In this document: one piece after another, positions 10,370 to 20,146 of the stretch
Layout: each line of letters begins with the position of its first letter
Position numbering within the stretch: the first letter of the stretch is position 1
From: a bacterium
Lineage (GTDB): Bacteria > Patescibacteriota > Patescibacteriia > JAHIZJ01
Direction: 5' to 3'
DNA length: 64,000 nucleotides
Assembly (NCBI GenBank): GCA_030699685.1
Contig: JAUYLJ010000027.1
Location: 12,601 to 76,600 of the forward strand
Notes under the pieces: generated by a model
The model's database searches: none
Told to the model about the DNA's origin: nothing
The model's input: the letters and a program-made list of their open reading frames with translations, nothing else
Translations under genes and position numbers: made by a program

Positions 10370-10750
10370 ATGGCAGCGAAAATTGTTCGAATACAATACA
10401 ATAAACTTATTCGCGACAAGGTGCCTGACAACATCAAGACAAAGGGCTTTGATGCCAAGACGCGCCGCCTGACCCTGAAGGAATTCAAGAAGGAACTGCT
10501 AAAAAAAGTCGGCGAAGAGGCCAGCGCTCTTCCCGGGCTAACTAGAAAATCTGAAATTATTGACGAGCTAGCCGACACGATAGACGTGATCGAAGAAATA
10601 CTGAGAACGTTTAAAATTTCCAAAAGAGAGATCGCCGTCGCCCAGAAAAAAGCAATGAAAAAGAAGGGTGGTTTCAAAAAACGAATCTATCTGTATTGGT
10701 CCGAGGACAGCGGATACCGGACGAACGAGCGGCGCTATGTAAATAAATAG
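10370..10750 (+). CDS. MazG-like nucleoside triphosphate pyrophosphohydrolase family protein
   Basis: N-terminal YNKLIRDKVPD and ELADTIDVIEEI motifs typical of small MazG-like house-cleaning NTPases. Confidence 0.5.
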   Translation: MAAKIVRIQYNKLIRDKVPDNIKTKGFDAKTRRLTLKEFKKELLKKVGEEASALPGLTRKSEIIDELADTIDVIEEILRTFKISKREIAVAQKKAMKKKGGFKKRIYLYWSEDSGYRTNERRYVNK

Positions 10751-10760
10751 TTGTCTAGAT

Positions 10761-12155
10761 ATGGGAGAACGACGATACGCGCAATCACTTGGAGATCAGG
10801 AACATATCCAGCGGGATATTGAAGATTCAGGCAACGCGCATGATGATGAAACGGCCCCAACCATCAGTACGCAGAAAGCTCCAGACTATAGCTCAAACAC
10901 CCCGCCTAATCCTGAACTACAACCGGCTGACATAGAAAGTTTGCGTCGCAAGGAAGCGGAACATACGCAAAGCGGCGAGGAATTTGATCAATTACTTGAG
11001 TACGATTATTATCAATTTGCGCGGAAACATCGCAAGCTGGATACAGTTTTTCATCCGGTTGTTGCACTCAGAAAAATACGAAAAAATCCGCCCTCGGAAC
11101 GTCAGAACGCTCTGAGAGAGTATAAGTGGAATCTCGCGACTCAGCGCCAAGCCTGGGCACAATGCCGATCGTTTTTGGAACGCGCCATTGAACACGAACA
11201 CGATGTCAGTGGGAGTGATTTGGAAGATATCGTAGAATGGTTTGCCGCAGATTTCGGATTTGACTCTGAGGCCAAAAACCAAGCATACGACCTGATCAGG
11301 TGGTACATCAATACCCGGCATAAAGTTATGGAAGTGTATTCGGAATATTCTAACAACCGCGAGCTGGTACAAGTGGTGACCGGAACGGATCCGGGTGACG
11401 ATACTGACCTGAGCGTATCTCCTGGACCCATGTCAATCGACATCGTCACCAATCAAGAGACCGCCAGTCGAATTTTTAATCACTCAGAAAACCCCGTGAC
11501 GGGTTTTAAATCACTTGGTTTTGCGGCCACTTCAAACGACGCAATTCCCTATACCGTAATCGCTTGGGACCGTCACGTTAGGAAAAACTTTCAGGACACT
11601 GAATCACATCTGGCAGACACGCGGCGGCATGAACATGAGCATGTGAAAAATTCATTATTCCTGAGGATCTTTGAGCGAAAGTATAATTCTGACGAATGCG
11701 ACAAACTCTATCGCCAATACCGGCAGGAAAGTGACAAAACCGTGAAGCACGAGCTGCTTGCCCCCCTGTTCTCCACAATATTGGAAGAAGCTTACGCGGA
11801 AGTAAAAAATGAGGTAACCGCATCTTTGCAGGAGCGAACCGCGCGGGAGCTGCGAGCTGACGCGGAGTATATGTTTTTCCGTGAACCGGGTGGTTCGTAT
11901 GACTTTTTAGAATATTGGAAAAATATAAAGCAGGAACAAAATAACACTGATTGGCAAAACGACACCAAGCGTCTTTTAATACAAGAATACGCCCAAACGG
12001 TCCGAAGAGCACTTGATGCTGTTGTTGATTTAGTGGAAGCCGGGGGCTACTCGGAAAAAGAAGCGGTAGCACTGTTGACCGACAAAAAGCTCCCTGAGTG
12101 GGGGAAAACAGTCGCCCGTTTACTGGATACAAAAAACAAAAAACGAAGTGTCTAA
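10761..12155 (+). CDS. hypothetical acidic protein (464 aa), contains HEHEH (HExxH-like) motif
   Basis: long ORF directly downstream of MazG-like gene; no TM; no recognised domain. Confidence 0.5.
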   Translation: MGERRYAQSLGDQEHIQRDIEDSGNAHDDETAPTISTQKAPDYSSNTPPNPELQPADIESLRRKEAEHTQSGEEFDQLLEYDYYQFARKHRKLDTVFHPVVALRKIRKNPPSERQNALREYKWNLATQRQAWAQCRSFLERAIEHEHDVSGSDLEDIVEWFAADFGFDSEAKNQAYDLIRWYINTRHKVMEVYSEYSNNRELVQVVTGTDPGDDTDLSVSPGPMSIDIVTNQETASRIFNHSENPVTGFKSLGFAATSNDAIPYTVIAWDRHVRKNFQDTESHLADTRRHEHEHVKNSLFLRIFERKYNSDECDKLYRQYRQESDKTVKHELLAPLFSTILEEAYAEVKNEVTASLQERTARELRADAEYMFFREPGGSYDFLEYWKNIKQEQNNTDWQNDTKRLLIQEYAQTVRRALDAVVDLVEAGGYSEKEAVALLTDKKLPEWGKTVARLLDTKNKKRSV

Positions 12156-12240
12156 ACATGTTTTTTCACGCCGGGATAACCCTTGCTTTTTGATAATAGA
12201 AATGGTATCGAGAGAAGGAATCATGGTTCATTTCTTCCGA

Positions 12241-12312
12241 GCGGGTGTCGTATAATGGTTATTATGGCTCCCTTCCAAGGAGCAGAAGCCGGTTCGATTC
12301 CGGTCACCCGCT
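12241..12312 (+). tRNA. tRNA-Gly(TCC)
   Basis: hand-folded cloverleaf: acceptor GCGGGTG/CACCCGC, anticodon loop CTTCCAA, T-loop TTCGATT. Confidence 0.8.
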
Positions 12313-12320
12313 CAGAGGGA

Positions 12321-13331
12321 ATGAAATACATTAATGTTTTGGCCGGAAAATATTCAACAATGAAAATACGGATTTTCGAAATACGTACCCTCCTAGAATC
12401 CAAGTTGAAAAAACTCGGATTCACGGCCAGTGAGTCAAAAATCATCGCGGACGAATACATTCAAGGAGAGCTCAAAGGAAAATCTTCTCACGGGATTTTT
12501 ACGTTTATTCGCGTTTATGAAAAAATTAAACGCCGCCAGCGAGGCCGCTACAAAATCATAATCAACAAAGCCGCTTACGCTTATATTGAGGGCAATAAAG
12601 ATATTGGACAAATTGTGGCCGACAAGGCAATCCGCTTAGCGATCAGCAAAGCGAAGAAAAGAGGTGTAGCGATGGTCGGCGGTGGAAATATTCAGGCATT
12701 TCTCCGGCCAGCCACCTGGGCCGAGATCGCTGCCAGGGAAAACATGGTCGCGTTGTGTTTTAATTTTGGCGGCGGACCACTTATGGCTCCAACTGGCGCG
12801 CGGGAAGCTATCCTGTCCACCAATCCAATCGGAATTGGCATCCCATACAAGCCCTATCCTTTCGTTATTGACATGGCCACGTCCAATAGAGCTTTTTATA
12901 ACGTACGCCTGGCTCGGAAATTGAACACAACAATCCCTAAAGACTGGGGTATTGACCGATGGGGCAAGCCAACGGCTGACCCGAACAAACTCGTGGCCGT
13001 CTTGCCTTTTGGCGGATACAAAGGCTATGCCCTGGCTCTGGCTCTTGAAATATTGACCGGACCGCTCGTCAAAACCAGAGTGGGCCGACGATCTGATGCC
13101 ATGCGCGGCTTTCTTTTTATTGTTATCGATCCGAAAGTATTCACGACGCGGAAAGAGTTTGACCGTGACATTCGCGCTCTGATTCGAGATGTTAAAACCG
13201 CGAAGAAAATCAAAGGCGTAAAAAATATTCTTATTCCGGGTGAACGAGCGTTCCAAACCGAGCAAGAAAGATTAAAAAGCGGCTTTTTTGACCTGGACGA
13301 ACGCGTTATTAACGAGATTCGTGTATTATAG
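12321..13331 (+). CDS. Ldh_2 family malate/L-lactate/sulfolactate-type dehydrogenase
   Basis: N-terminus ...GELKGKSSHG and overall Ldh_2 architecture; start ATG at 12321 has GAGGGA RBS, chosen over ORF-track start because 12183-12312 overlaps the tRNA. Confidence 0.7.
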   Translation: MKYINVLAGKYSTMKIRIFEIRTLLESKLKKLGFTASESKIIADEYIQGELKGKSSHGIFTFIRVYEKIKRRQRGRYKIIINKAAYAYIEGNKDIGQIVADKAIRLAISKAKKRGVAMVGGGNIQAFLRPATWAEIAARENMVALCFNFGGGPLMAPTGAREAILSTNPIGIGIPYKPYPFVIDMATSNRAFYNVRLARKLNTTIPKDWGIDRWGKPTADPNKLVAVLPFGGYKGYALALALEILTGPLVKTRVGRRSDAMRGFLFIVIDPKVFTTRKEFDRDIRALIRDVKTAKKIKGVKNILIPGERAFQTEQERLKSGFFDLDERVINEIRVL

Positions 13332-13337
13332 CTTCTA

Positions 13338-13457
13338 ATGGCTGATCCCATCCAGCTCCAAGTCGACGTCAAAGCGTTCATCCACTCGGAGGGAATGGGC
13401 AGAGAGTTGTTGGATTTAATTAGTACAGAGAATGCGGTAAACATCTTTGAACAATGA
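13338..13457 (+). pseudogene. 39-codon ORF resembling the N-terminus of the NUDIX gene at 14040 (partial duplicate)
   Basis: PIQLQVDVKAFIH vs IQLQVGVKAFIR of downstream NUDIX; about 33 nt of DNA similarity; stop overlaps the start of the next ORF (ATGA). Confidence 0.35.
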
Positions 13458-13981
13458 GAAAATACGGTTTTCTCTATATACTCCCGATTATCGTGGTCAT
13501 ATTTATTGGACTTTTGCTTTTTATTCCCGTTATTTACTCAGTATCATTTACACCCTCTGCTCTAAAAGGGGATCTTTTAAGAATATTCGATTCAACTACA
13601 GTTGAGATTAAACACGTTGAATTTCAGGTCGGCACAGAAGGTGGCGGCGCCGGTTTAAGTGGCGCTTCCTTGGAACAGGCGATATCTGAAATAGAGGATC
13701 ACTGGTTAGAGGTAAATGCAGAATTTACACATGCCCAGTCACGAGACGAAATGGAAGAGTTTTATGGTCAGGAGGCAACTGAAAGGTTTTTTAATGAGTT
13801 GGAACATAACAGAACGCTAGCAGAAAACGAAGGTCTACGATATCCAAAAGCCCATGTTCAGGGAAATCTATTTACACTTATACGTCTAGTATATAACCAT
13901 TCACAAGTTTCCTTTGTTACTTTTGATGTCTGCCGAAATATTTTAATTAGAGTATTGCCGCTTCAATCATGCGGATCGTAA
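13454..13981 (+). CDS. hypothetical membrane-anchored protein in an AT-rich insert
   Basis: N-terminal TM helix; visibly AT-richer than the flanks. Confidence 0.5.
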   Translation: MRKYGFLYILPIIVVIFIGLLLFIPVIYSVSFTPSALKGDLLRIFDSTTVEIKHVEFQVGTEGGGAGLSGASLEQAISEIEDHWLEVNAEFTHAQSRDEMEEFYGQEATERFFNELEHNRTLAENEGLRYPKAHVQGNLFTLIRLVYNHSQVSFVTFDVCRNILIRVLPLQSCGS

Positions 13982-14039
13982 TGTTCATCAGATTGTGTAA
14001 AATCATAGGTTGAGGTAGAAAGTAATAAATAACATTTCA

Positions 14040-14468
14040 ATGGACACATCAAATACAATCCAACTCCAAGTCGGCGTTAAAGCGTTTATCCGACGGGCAG
14101 ACGGAAAATTTCTTCTATTGAAGCGCGCCGAGGCTTTTGAGGGTGAAACAGAACCGCGCTGGGATATTCCGGGCGGGCGGATTGAGCCTGGTGAGCCGAT
14201 CCGTCAGGCGCTGGAACGCGAAATCAAAGAGGAAACCGGATTAACGCTTGATAGCGTCCAAGCCGTGCTCGAAGCCCAAGACATCCTGAGAGTTTCGGGT
14301 CGTCACGTGGTTCGCATCACTTTTCTGGCTACAATCAAAGACGGTGAGATGAAGCTGGATCCCGTCGAACACTCCGACGCACGTTGGGTCACCCTGGCGG
14401 AATTGAATCAATTGCATCACGATATGTATCTCGACCCGGTGATCAGCCATCCTTTGTTGGTAAAATAA
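14040..14468 (+). CDS. NUDIX hydrolase
   Basis: Nudix box GGRIEPGEPIRQALEREIKEETGL. Confidence 0.8.
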   Translation: MDTSNTIQLQVGVKAFIRRADGKFLLLKRAEAFEGETEPRWDIPGGRIEPGEPIRQALEREIKEETGLTLDSVQAVLEAQDILRVSGRHVVRITFLATIKDGEMKLDPVEHSDARWVTLAELNQLHHDMYLDPVISHPLLVK

Positions 14469-14639
14469 GAGGCTATGCGCTTGTCCCTGGGCTTATCTCC
14501 TGATCAACGCCCTCTTATACCATAGGGTCGCAAAACAACGCAAGCCAAATTGAAATGGCTTTTTTCTTCGTCACTTATCCACATGTCGTTTCTCGTCTTG
14601 CTGTTTTTCGCTAATCTGCTAGGGTCTTTGAGTATTTGA

Positions 14640-14800
14640 TAGAAGCGGTGATTGCGGGTATACTAGGGAAACCGAAACACCATACGACAGGCCGGGGAGA
14701 GTCAAACCGCGGCTGACCCCCTGTCGCACGGCCAGCGGCCCATTCAATGAAGACCAGGACCGGCCACGAGCCTCCATCGGGAACGGTACATCACCCATTG
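14640..14800 (+). ncRNA. possible cobalamin riboswitch-like element in the about 420-nt nrdJ leader (weak)
   Basis: AGGGAAACCG... and GAAGACCAGGACCGGCC resemble the B12-element core and B12 box; not a confident match. Confidence 0.25.
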
Positions 14801-14896
14801 AGGTTTTTTTGTCACCTCACAAGCCCTGGAATCCGACAACTCCAGATGGTTTCGGCCCCCCATCGACCATAATCTTTCATCCTAATCCAAAAACTC

Positions 14897-17359
14897 ATGA
14901 GCACCACACGCAATCAGAGTGAAACCACAGACAAGACTGATTTCGCCACCGCTTGGGATAAGGGCAGTGTTATTATTCCGGAAAAATTTCAAGCTTCGCA
15001 AAATTCGCTAGAGGTGTTTACCCGTCGTTACGCTTCAATCAAAAAGGACGGCACGAAAGAAACCCCCGAGGAAATGTGCCGACGGGTTGCCCACGCTCTG
15101 GCAATCGTGGAAACGGATTATGGCAAAACTCCCGACCAGATCAAACAAATTGAAGTGGAGTTTTATGGAATTTTGATGCGGAAAGAGTTTACACCGGCCG
15201 GCCGGACGCTCACCAACGCCGGAACGGAATTTCCCATTGTAGCCAACTGCATCGTTCTCAACATCCAGGATTCGATGGACAGTATTTTCACCACGCTGCG
15301 GGACGCGTCGTTGCTTCAGCAGGCCGGATCGGGACTCGGCTTTCCACTTCATCTGATGCGGCCGGCCGGATCCAATACCAAACGATCGCAGGGTCAAGCC
15401 TCCGGTCCCATTTCCTTTCTGAAAGTATACAACCAGTCTTTCGGCGTCATCAAACAGCAGAATCGCCATGGCGCTAATATGGCCGTCATGAGAGTTGATC
15501 ATCCCGACATTCTCGAATTTATCCATTGCAAAGAAAAAGAAGGCGAGATTAAGAATTTCAACATCTCAGTTGGGCTAACCAATGAATTCATGCGCGCCGT
15601 GGAACGAAACGACGGCGAACCGTGGTATTGCCAATGGAAAGACGAAAAGATAAAGCCTCGCCACATCACCCGCGACGGAGGAGAAACCGCCATCCAGGTC
15701 ACAGAGGTAACGATGACGGCCCGCGAGCTGTTTGACGAAATCATCGACGCCGCCTGGGGCAACGGAGAACCCGGCTGCGTCTTCCTGGACGCCGTCAATG
15801 ACACGAACCCCATCCCCGGACTGGGACGAATCGAGGCCTGCAACCCCTGTGGCGAGCAATTCCTGCACGACAGCGACGTGTGCAATCTTGGTTCAATCAA
15901 TCTGGAGCAATTTGTCACTGAAGAAAAGCGGATTGATACGGCCCGCTTGAAAGAAGTAACGCGCGCGTCAGTGCGCATGCTTGACAATGTCATCGATATC
16001 TCCAATTTTCCAGCCGAACGCGTCAACACGACCGCCCGAAACAACCGACGGGTTGGACTGGGCGTGATGGGATTTGCCGATATGCTGTATCAGATGGGTG
16101 TCGGCTACAACACCGAGGAAGGTCGGCAGGCCGCCGAGACCGCCATGGGGACGATTCAGGAAGCGGCCCATCAAATGTCCGAAGAACTGGCGGAGGAAAA
16201 AGGAGTTTTCAAAAATTACGATAAGAGCGTTTTCATCCAGCAAGGCCGCAAAATGCGTAACGCCGCGCTGACTACCGTCGCGCCGACCGGAACCATCTCC
16301 ATGCTCCTCGACGTGTCAGGCGGAGTTGAACCGTATTTCGCCCTGGCCTACCACTACAAAGGAATTCTGGGAGGCAATGTCCAACTTCACTACGTCAACA
16401 AGCATCTGGAAAAAGCGCTGAAAGACCGGGGACTGTACTCCGAAAAACTCATGGAACGGATCATTAAATCCGGCACGCTCCAGGACATTGATGAAGTTCC
16501 TGAGGATATAAAACAGACCTTCGTCGTAGCTATGGACATTTCGGCCGAAGACCATATCAAGATGCAAGCCGCTTTCCAGCGCCATGTCGATAACTCCATC
16601 TCTAAGACAATCAACTTCCCGAATTCAGCGACCAAACAGGACGTGATGGACGGCTACCTCCTGGCCTGGCGCTTGGGATGCAAAGGTTCGACTGTCTATC
16701 GCGATGGTTCACGCGAATTCCAAATACTGAATCTGAACGACGAAAAAAAGAAGAAAGCCGCTGAAGAGACGGACACTCAGACTAGCGATGAAGCAAGCCG
16801 GCCGACTATTAGCCCGCGCTCCCGCCCCACCGCGCTCCAGGGGGTCACGTACAAAATCAATACCGCTTATGGCAACCTTTACATCACCATCAACGATGAC
16901 GAGGCTGGGCTGCCATTTGAGGTCTTTGCCACGATCGGAAAAACCGGCGGCTTTTTCGCCGCGCAATCCGAAGCAATTTGCCGGCTCATCTCCTTATCGC
17001 TTCGCTCAGGAATCGACATTGCCGAAATGATAGAGCAGTTGAAAGGAATCCGCGGCCCCGATCCAAGCTGGTATGACGGCGGCCAAATTCATTCCCTTGG
17101 CGACGCCATCGCCCAGGTGCTCGAAAAGCACATCAAACGAGATCAGCTCCAGCTCGGCTTGACTAAAGATGAAAATAATAGCCCAGGAACAACTACCGCT
17201 CAGACCGAAACCGTGACTAAAATGGAAGTGAAGACTTCGAAGCGAATTTCCATTTCTGACACCGGTTACGCTCCAGTTTGTCCGGATTGCCACGGTAACC
17301 TCACCTTTGCCGAAGGCTGCATGAGCTGCAAAGCCTGCGGTTTCTCAAAGTGCGGGTAG
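14897..17359 (+). CDS. nrdJ: adenosylcobalamin-dependent ribonucleotide reductase, class II
   Basis: 820 aa; active-site CNPCGEQ region; C-terminal Cys-rich zinc ribbon CPDCHG...CMSCKACG typical of class II RNR. Confidence 0.85.
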   Translation: MSTTRNQSETTDKTDFATAWDKGSVIIPEKFQASQNSLEVFTRRYASIKKDGTKETPEEMCRRVAHALAIVETDYGKTPDQIKQIEVEFYGILMRKEFTPAGRTLTNAGTEFPIVANCIVLNIQDSMDSIFTTLRDASLLQQAGSGLGFPLHLMRPAGSNTKRSQGQASGPISFLKVYNQSFGVIKQQNRHGANMAVMRVDHPDILEFIHCKEKEGEIKNFNISVGLTNEFMRAVERNDGEPWYCQWKDEKIKPRHITRDGGETAIQVTEVTMTARELFDEIIDAAWGNGEPGCVFLDAVNDTNPIPGLGRIEACNPCGEQFLHDSDVCNLGSINLEQFVTEEKRIDTARLKEVTRASVRMLDNVIDISNFPAERVNTTARNNRRVGLGVMGFADMLYQMGVGYNTEEGRQAAETAMGTIQEAAHQMSEELAEEKGVFKNYDKSVFIQQGRKMRNAALTTVAPTGTISMLLDVSGGVEPYFALAYHYKGILGGNVQLHYVNKHLEKALKDRGLYSEKLMERIIKSGTLQDIDEVPEDIKQTFVVAMDISAEDHIKMQAAFQRHVDNSISKTINFPNSATKQDVMDGYLLAWRLGCKGSTVYRDGSREFQILNLNDEKKKKAAEETDTQTSDEASRPTISPRSRPTALQGVTYKINTAYGNLYITINDDEAGLPFEVFATIGKTGGFFAAQSEAICRLISLSLRSGIDIAEMIEQLKGIRGPDPSWYDGGQIHSLGDAIAQVLEKHIKRDQLQLGLTKDENNSPGTTTAQTETVTKMEVKTSKRISISDTGYAPVCPDCHGNLTFAEGCMSCKACGFSKCG

Positions 17360-17387
17360 ATTCGAAAAGACCGCTCTCCCTCCGGCC

Positions 17388-17966
17388 ATGAAGAAATTTC
17401 ATCGTCGCAAATTTAAGAAGCCAAGCACGGCACCTGCCCCTCGCGGGCTGGTGCTGTGGTATTATGGCGATGGAAAAGGCAAGACCACGGCTGCCATCGG
17501 CGTAGCCGTGAGAGCGCGTGGAGCAGGATTACGGGTATGCGTGGTTCAATTCATGAAAACCGCGAAATGGCTTTCACACGAACGGCAATCGCTCAAGATT
17601 TTGGGCATACCGGTCAAAATCCTGGGCTCGGGTTTCGTAGGGATTCTTGATGATAAGTCCACCGAAGCTGAGCACAAAAAACAAGCGCTGCTCGCTTTGG
17701 CGGAAACAAAAAAACTCCTTCTCTTGGGAAAGTATGATTTGATCGTGGCGGATGAAATAGGCAGCGCGGTGGATGAGAAACTGCTCAAGGTTTCGGACCT
17801 CGTCAGGCTGGTCAAATCTAAACCGAAGAAAACACACCTCGTCCTAACTGGTCATACGACGTATCCGACGCTCGAAAAGGTCTGTGATTTGATCACGCTC
17901 ATGAAGAATAAGAAACATCCTTTCTATACTGAAGGAATGTTGGCTCAGCGCGGCGTCGATTTCTGA
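17388..17966 (+). CDS. btuR: cob(I)alamin/corrinoid adenosyltransferase (CobA/BtuR/CobO family)
   Basis: YGDGKGKTTAAIG P-loop characteristic of CobA/BtuR. Confidence 0.8.
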   Translation: MKKFHRRKFKKPSTAPAPRGLVLWYYGDGKGKTTAAIGVAVRARGAGLRVCVVQFMKTAKWLSHERQSLKILGIPVKILGSGFVGILDDKSTEAEHKKQALLALAETKKLLLLGKYDLIVADEIGSAVDEKLLKVSDLVRLVKSKPKKTHLVLTGHTTYPTLEKVCDLITLMKNKKHPFYTEGMLAQRGVDF

Positions 17967-17967
17967 A

Positions 17968-18417
17968 TTATTTGAGCGCTTTTTTAGCGTCAGACCACAG
18001 GCTGTCAAAATTATTGCTTTGAGAAACTAGGATTTCACTGCCGTCTTTCCGTAGTCCCACAACCGACAAGCCTCTTCGCAAAAGCGCCATATTCTGCTGA
18101 AAAGCCGATCGAATAGCCTCTTCTTTATCCCGCTGTCGTTCCAACCCATCCGGCATTTCAAACTGAATCACCTGAAAACCATACTGATCCACATCTTCCT
18201 TCGACCATAGGCGCTGGCTGGCAGTTTTTAAAACGTACGTGACCTGAACCGTGACCTCCCTACCGGTGTAGGAATTATTCTTTGGATCCCACTCCTTAAG
18301 CTTCAGCTGATCGCCTTCAGCAATATCAAAATCTGCCACGCGCAGATCAAATTTTTTCTTACCATCAACGATAAACTGAAAAAATCCCGGCCAGCATTTT
18401 TTTACTATTGTGTTCAT
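17968..18417 (-). CDS. ASCH/PUA-like domain protein
   Basis: N-terminal domain resembles the ASCH fold (weak). Confidence 0.4.
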   Translation of the reverse strand: MNTIVKKCWPGFFQFIVDGKKKFDLRVADFDIAEGDQLKLKEWDPKNNSYTGREVTVQVTYVLKTASQRLWSKEDVDQYGFQVIQFEMPDGLERQRDKEEAIRSAFQQNMALLRRGLSVVGLRKDGSEILVSQSNNFDSLWSDAKKALK

Positions 18418-18426
18418 AAGACTATT

Positions 18427-19044
18427 TTAGCGGCGAGATGGAAGACCGAAAGGTTTCAACAGATTCAACACCGATACATACACGGCATTCGCGTCTACGG
18501 TAGCAACGTGGATCACGTGTTCCGCGTATTTCTTTTGACTGTCGACAAACTGCCTGTGCATGGGCCGAGCGACGGCATTGTTATAGTCATCGCTCTTGAA
18601 ATGAACGCGTCGCGACCAGCGAATATCATGTTCGGCTTCCAGCCAGATAGAGGTGCTGAGCAACTCCCGGATACGCGGATCGAATAAAGTAAAAAAGCCT
18701 TCTACCAACACGATGGGTTTGGGATGAAATTCCACGGGGATGCGTCGTCCCGTCTTGGCAAAATCTGGATTGAGTTTTTCGTTTTTGGTTTGAATAACAA
18801 CCGACTCTCCTTGCTGCAAGGCGCGAAGATCTGTAGTTAGCGCTTCAAAACGAATCGCATCAGGATGATCCCAGTTCTCAAATCCGGCGAGCTTCGGCAC
18901 TTCTTCTTTTGGTTTGAAGTAATCATCAAGCTGAACACAAGCAATTGTTTGCGGAAACTCATCCTGGAGCCTAAGACAAAGAGTGGATTTCCCCGCCCCG
19001 CTACCTCCGGCTATGCCTATAAGCCTGGATAAATTATCCTTCAT
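18427..19044 (-). CDS. udk: uridine kinase/phosphoribulokinase-family P-loop kinase
   Basis: GIAGGSGAGKSTL Walker A at N-terminus, about 205 aa. Confidence 0.65.
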   Translation of the reverse strand: MKDNLSRLIGIAGGSGAGKSTLCLRLQDEFPQTIACVQLDDYFKPKEEVPKLAGFENWDHPDAIRFEALTTDLRALQQGESVVIQTKNEKLNPDFAKTGRRIPVEFHPKPIVLVEGFFTLFDPRIRELLSTSIWLEAEHDIRWSRRVHFKSDDYNNAVARPMHRQFVDSQKKYAEHVIHVATVDANAVYVSVLNLLKPFGLPSRR

Positions 19045-19670
19045 GTGCTTTTCTGCTCATAATACCCGTGGCCGTCAGCAACAGCTTTTTCCATAAGCAC
19101 CACTGCCCGAGGTCCGACTGACCGAGCTAAGGGAATATACCACTCTTGAGCCTCCTGAAACCAGCGAGGAAATTTGTGTTGTGAGGGATGATCGGTTGGA
19201 ATACGCGGCCAGGAACGAACGTTGTCCAAAATATCCGCGCACTTTACTAAACGGACGTCATAATCAGCGTTCATCAGCTTTTGGAACTTTATTATTTTGT
19301 TCACTTGTTTCTCTTCTTCGCTTTCATTATCCGGACGCCGTCGAGTCAGCATATCCACCAATCTTACAACTACGGCATTGTATTTCTTCCGAATATCATC
19401 GATGGTCACCCTCGTATCTTCGACCACATCATGAAGCAAGGCTGCTATAATCAGGTTTGGATCATGCACGTGAAAATCATCAATCAAAATCCGGGCGACT
19501 CTGACCGGGTGGACAATATATTCAGCCCCTTCGTCTCGACGCTGTCCTGAGTGCGCATCGGCCGCGAGATCCCAAGCAGACTGAATATCTCTATCATCCG
19601 CCATATCGACTGACCGCAGAGAGCGCTCCAGGGCTTTATTTTGACTTGAGAGTTGAGAGAATGAATCCAT
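19041..19670 (-). CDS. HD-domain (p)ppGpp-hydrolase-like protein (RelA/SpoT hydrolase-domain homolog)
   Basis: HSGQRR...VHPVRVA...ALLHDVVEDT motifs; start moved to ATG 19670 because the track start overlaps tRNA-Ala. Confidence 0.6.
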   Translation of the reverse strand: MDSFSQLSSQNKALERSLRSVDMADDRDIQSAWDLAADAHSGQRRDEGAEYIVHPVRVARILIDDFHVHDPNLIIAALLHDVVEDTRVTIDDIRKKYNAVVVRLVDMLTRRRPDNESEEEKQVNKIIKFQKLMNADYDVRLVKCADILDNVRSWPRIPTDHPSQHKFPRWFQEAQEWYIPLARSVGPRAVVLMEKAVADGHGYYEQKST

Positions 19671-19674
19671 AAGG

Positions 19675-19750
19675 TGGTGGACCCTACCGGGCTCGAACCG
19701 GTCACCTCCGCGTTGCAAACGCGGCGCTCTACCAAATGAGCTAAGGGCCC
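19675..19750 (-). tRNA. tRNA-Ala(TGC) with encoded CCA
   Basis: GGGCCCTTAGCTCA...anticodon loop TTTGCAA...GGTTCGAGCC. Confidence 0.85.
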
Positions 19751-19753
19751 GAA

Positions 19754-20011
19754 TTACTCTCCAATCGGTGGCGTCAAGGAAATTGGATCGAAGTCAGCGA
19801 ACCACACTATAGCAGCTAATATAATTAATGCGACTCCCAGCAGTTGAAGCGTGAAGCGGGATCCTCCCAAGGTAGCCAGGATACCGCGTTCAGCCACGCC
19901 GATCCGGCCGGTGAAATCAATAAACCATTGAGGCTTGAGGGCGAGGGCAAAGCCTACGGCGAGCATAAGGAGTCCGACAAAAAAACGCATTACGTTGGCT
20001 GTTAATTGCAA
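19754..20011 (-). CDS. small membrane protein, hypothetical
   Basis: 85-aa ORF with 3 hydrophobic helices. Confidence 0.4.
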   Translation of the reverse strand: MQLTANVMRFFVGLLMLAVGFALALKPQWFIDFTGRIGVAERGILATLGGSRFTLQLLGVALIILAAIVWFADFDPISLTPPIGE

Positions 20012-20146
20012 AACTCGAGCTTGATCTTCAGTATACCCTTACGTCAGTGAAATTCAAAATTTCGAAAAAGCGAAATCTGCCGCGCTGTATTAATCATACG
20101 CAACCTTAATGAGTACCCCCGCCAATTAGTTGATGGATTCAACCCA

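Noticed and set aside
10312-10677. 121-aa minus-strand ORF overlapping the MazG-like gene
   Set aside because: Fully overlaps a motif-supported plus-strand gene; Ser/Ile low-complexity translation.
15035-16585. Several minus-strand ORFs (163-181 aa) inside nrdJ
   Set aside because: Antisense to a strongly supported 820-aa class II RNR gene; Ser/Arg-rich low-complexity.
19484-19735. 83-aa ORF on minus strand spanning tRNA-Ala
   Set aside because: Overlaps a confidently folded tRNA gene; the HD-protein start was instead moved downstream of the tRNA.
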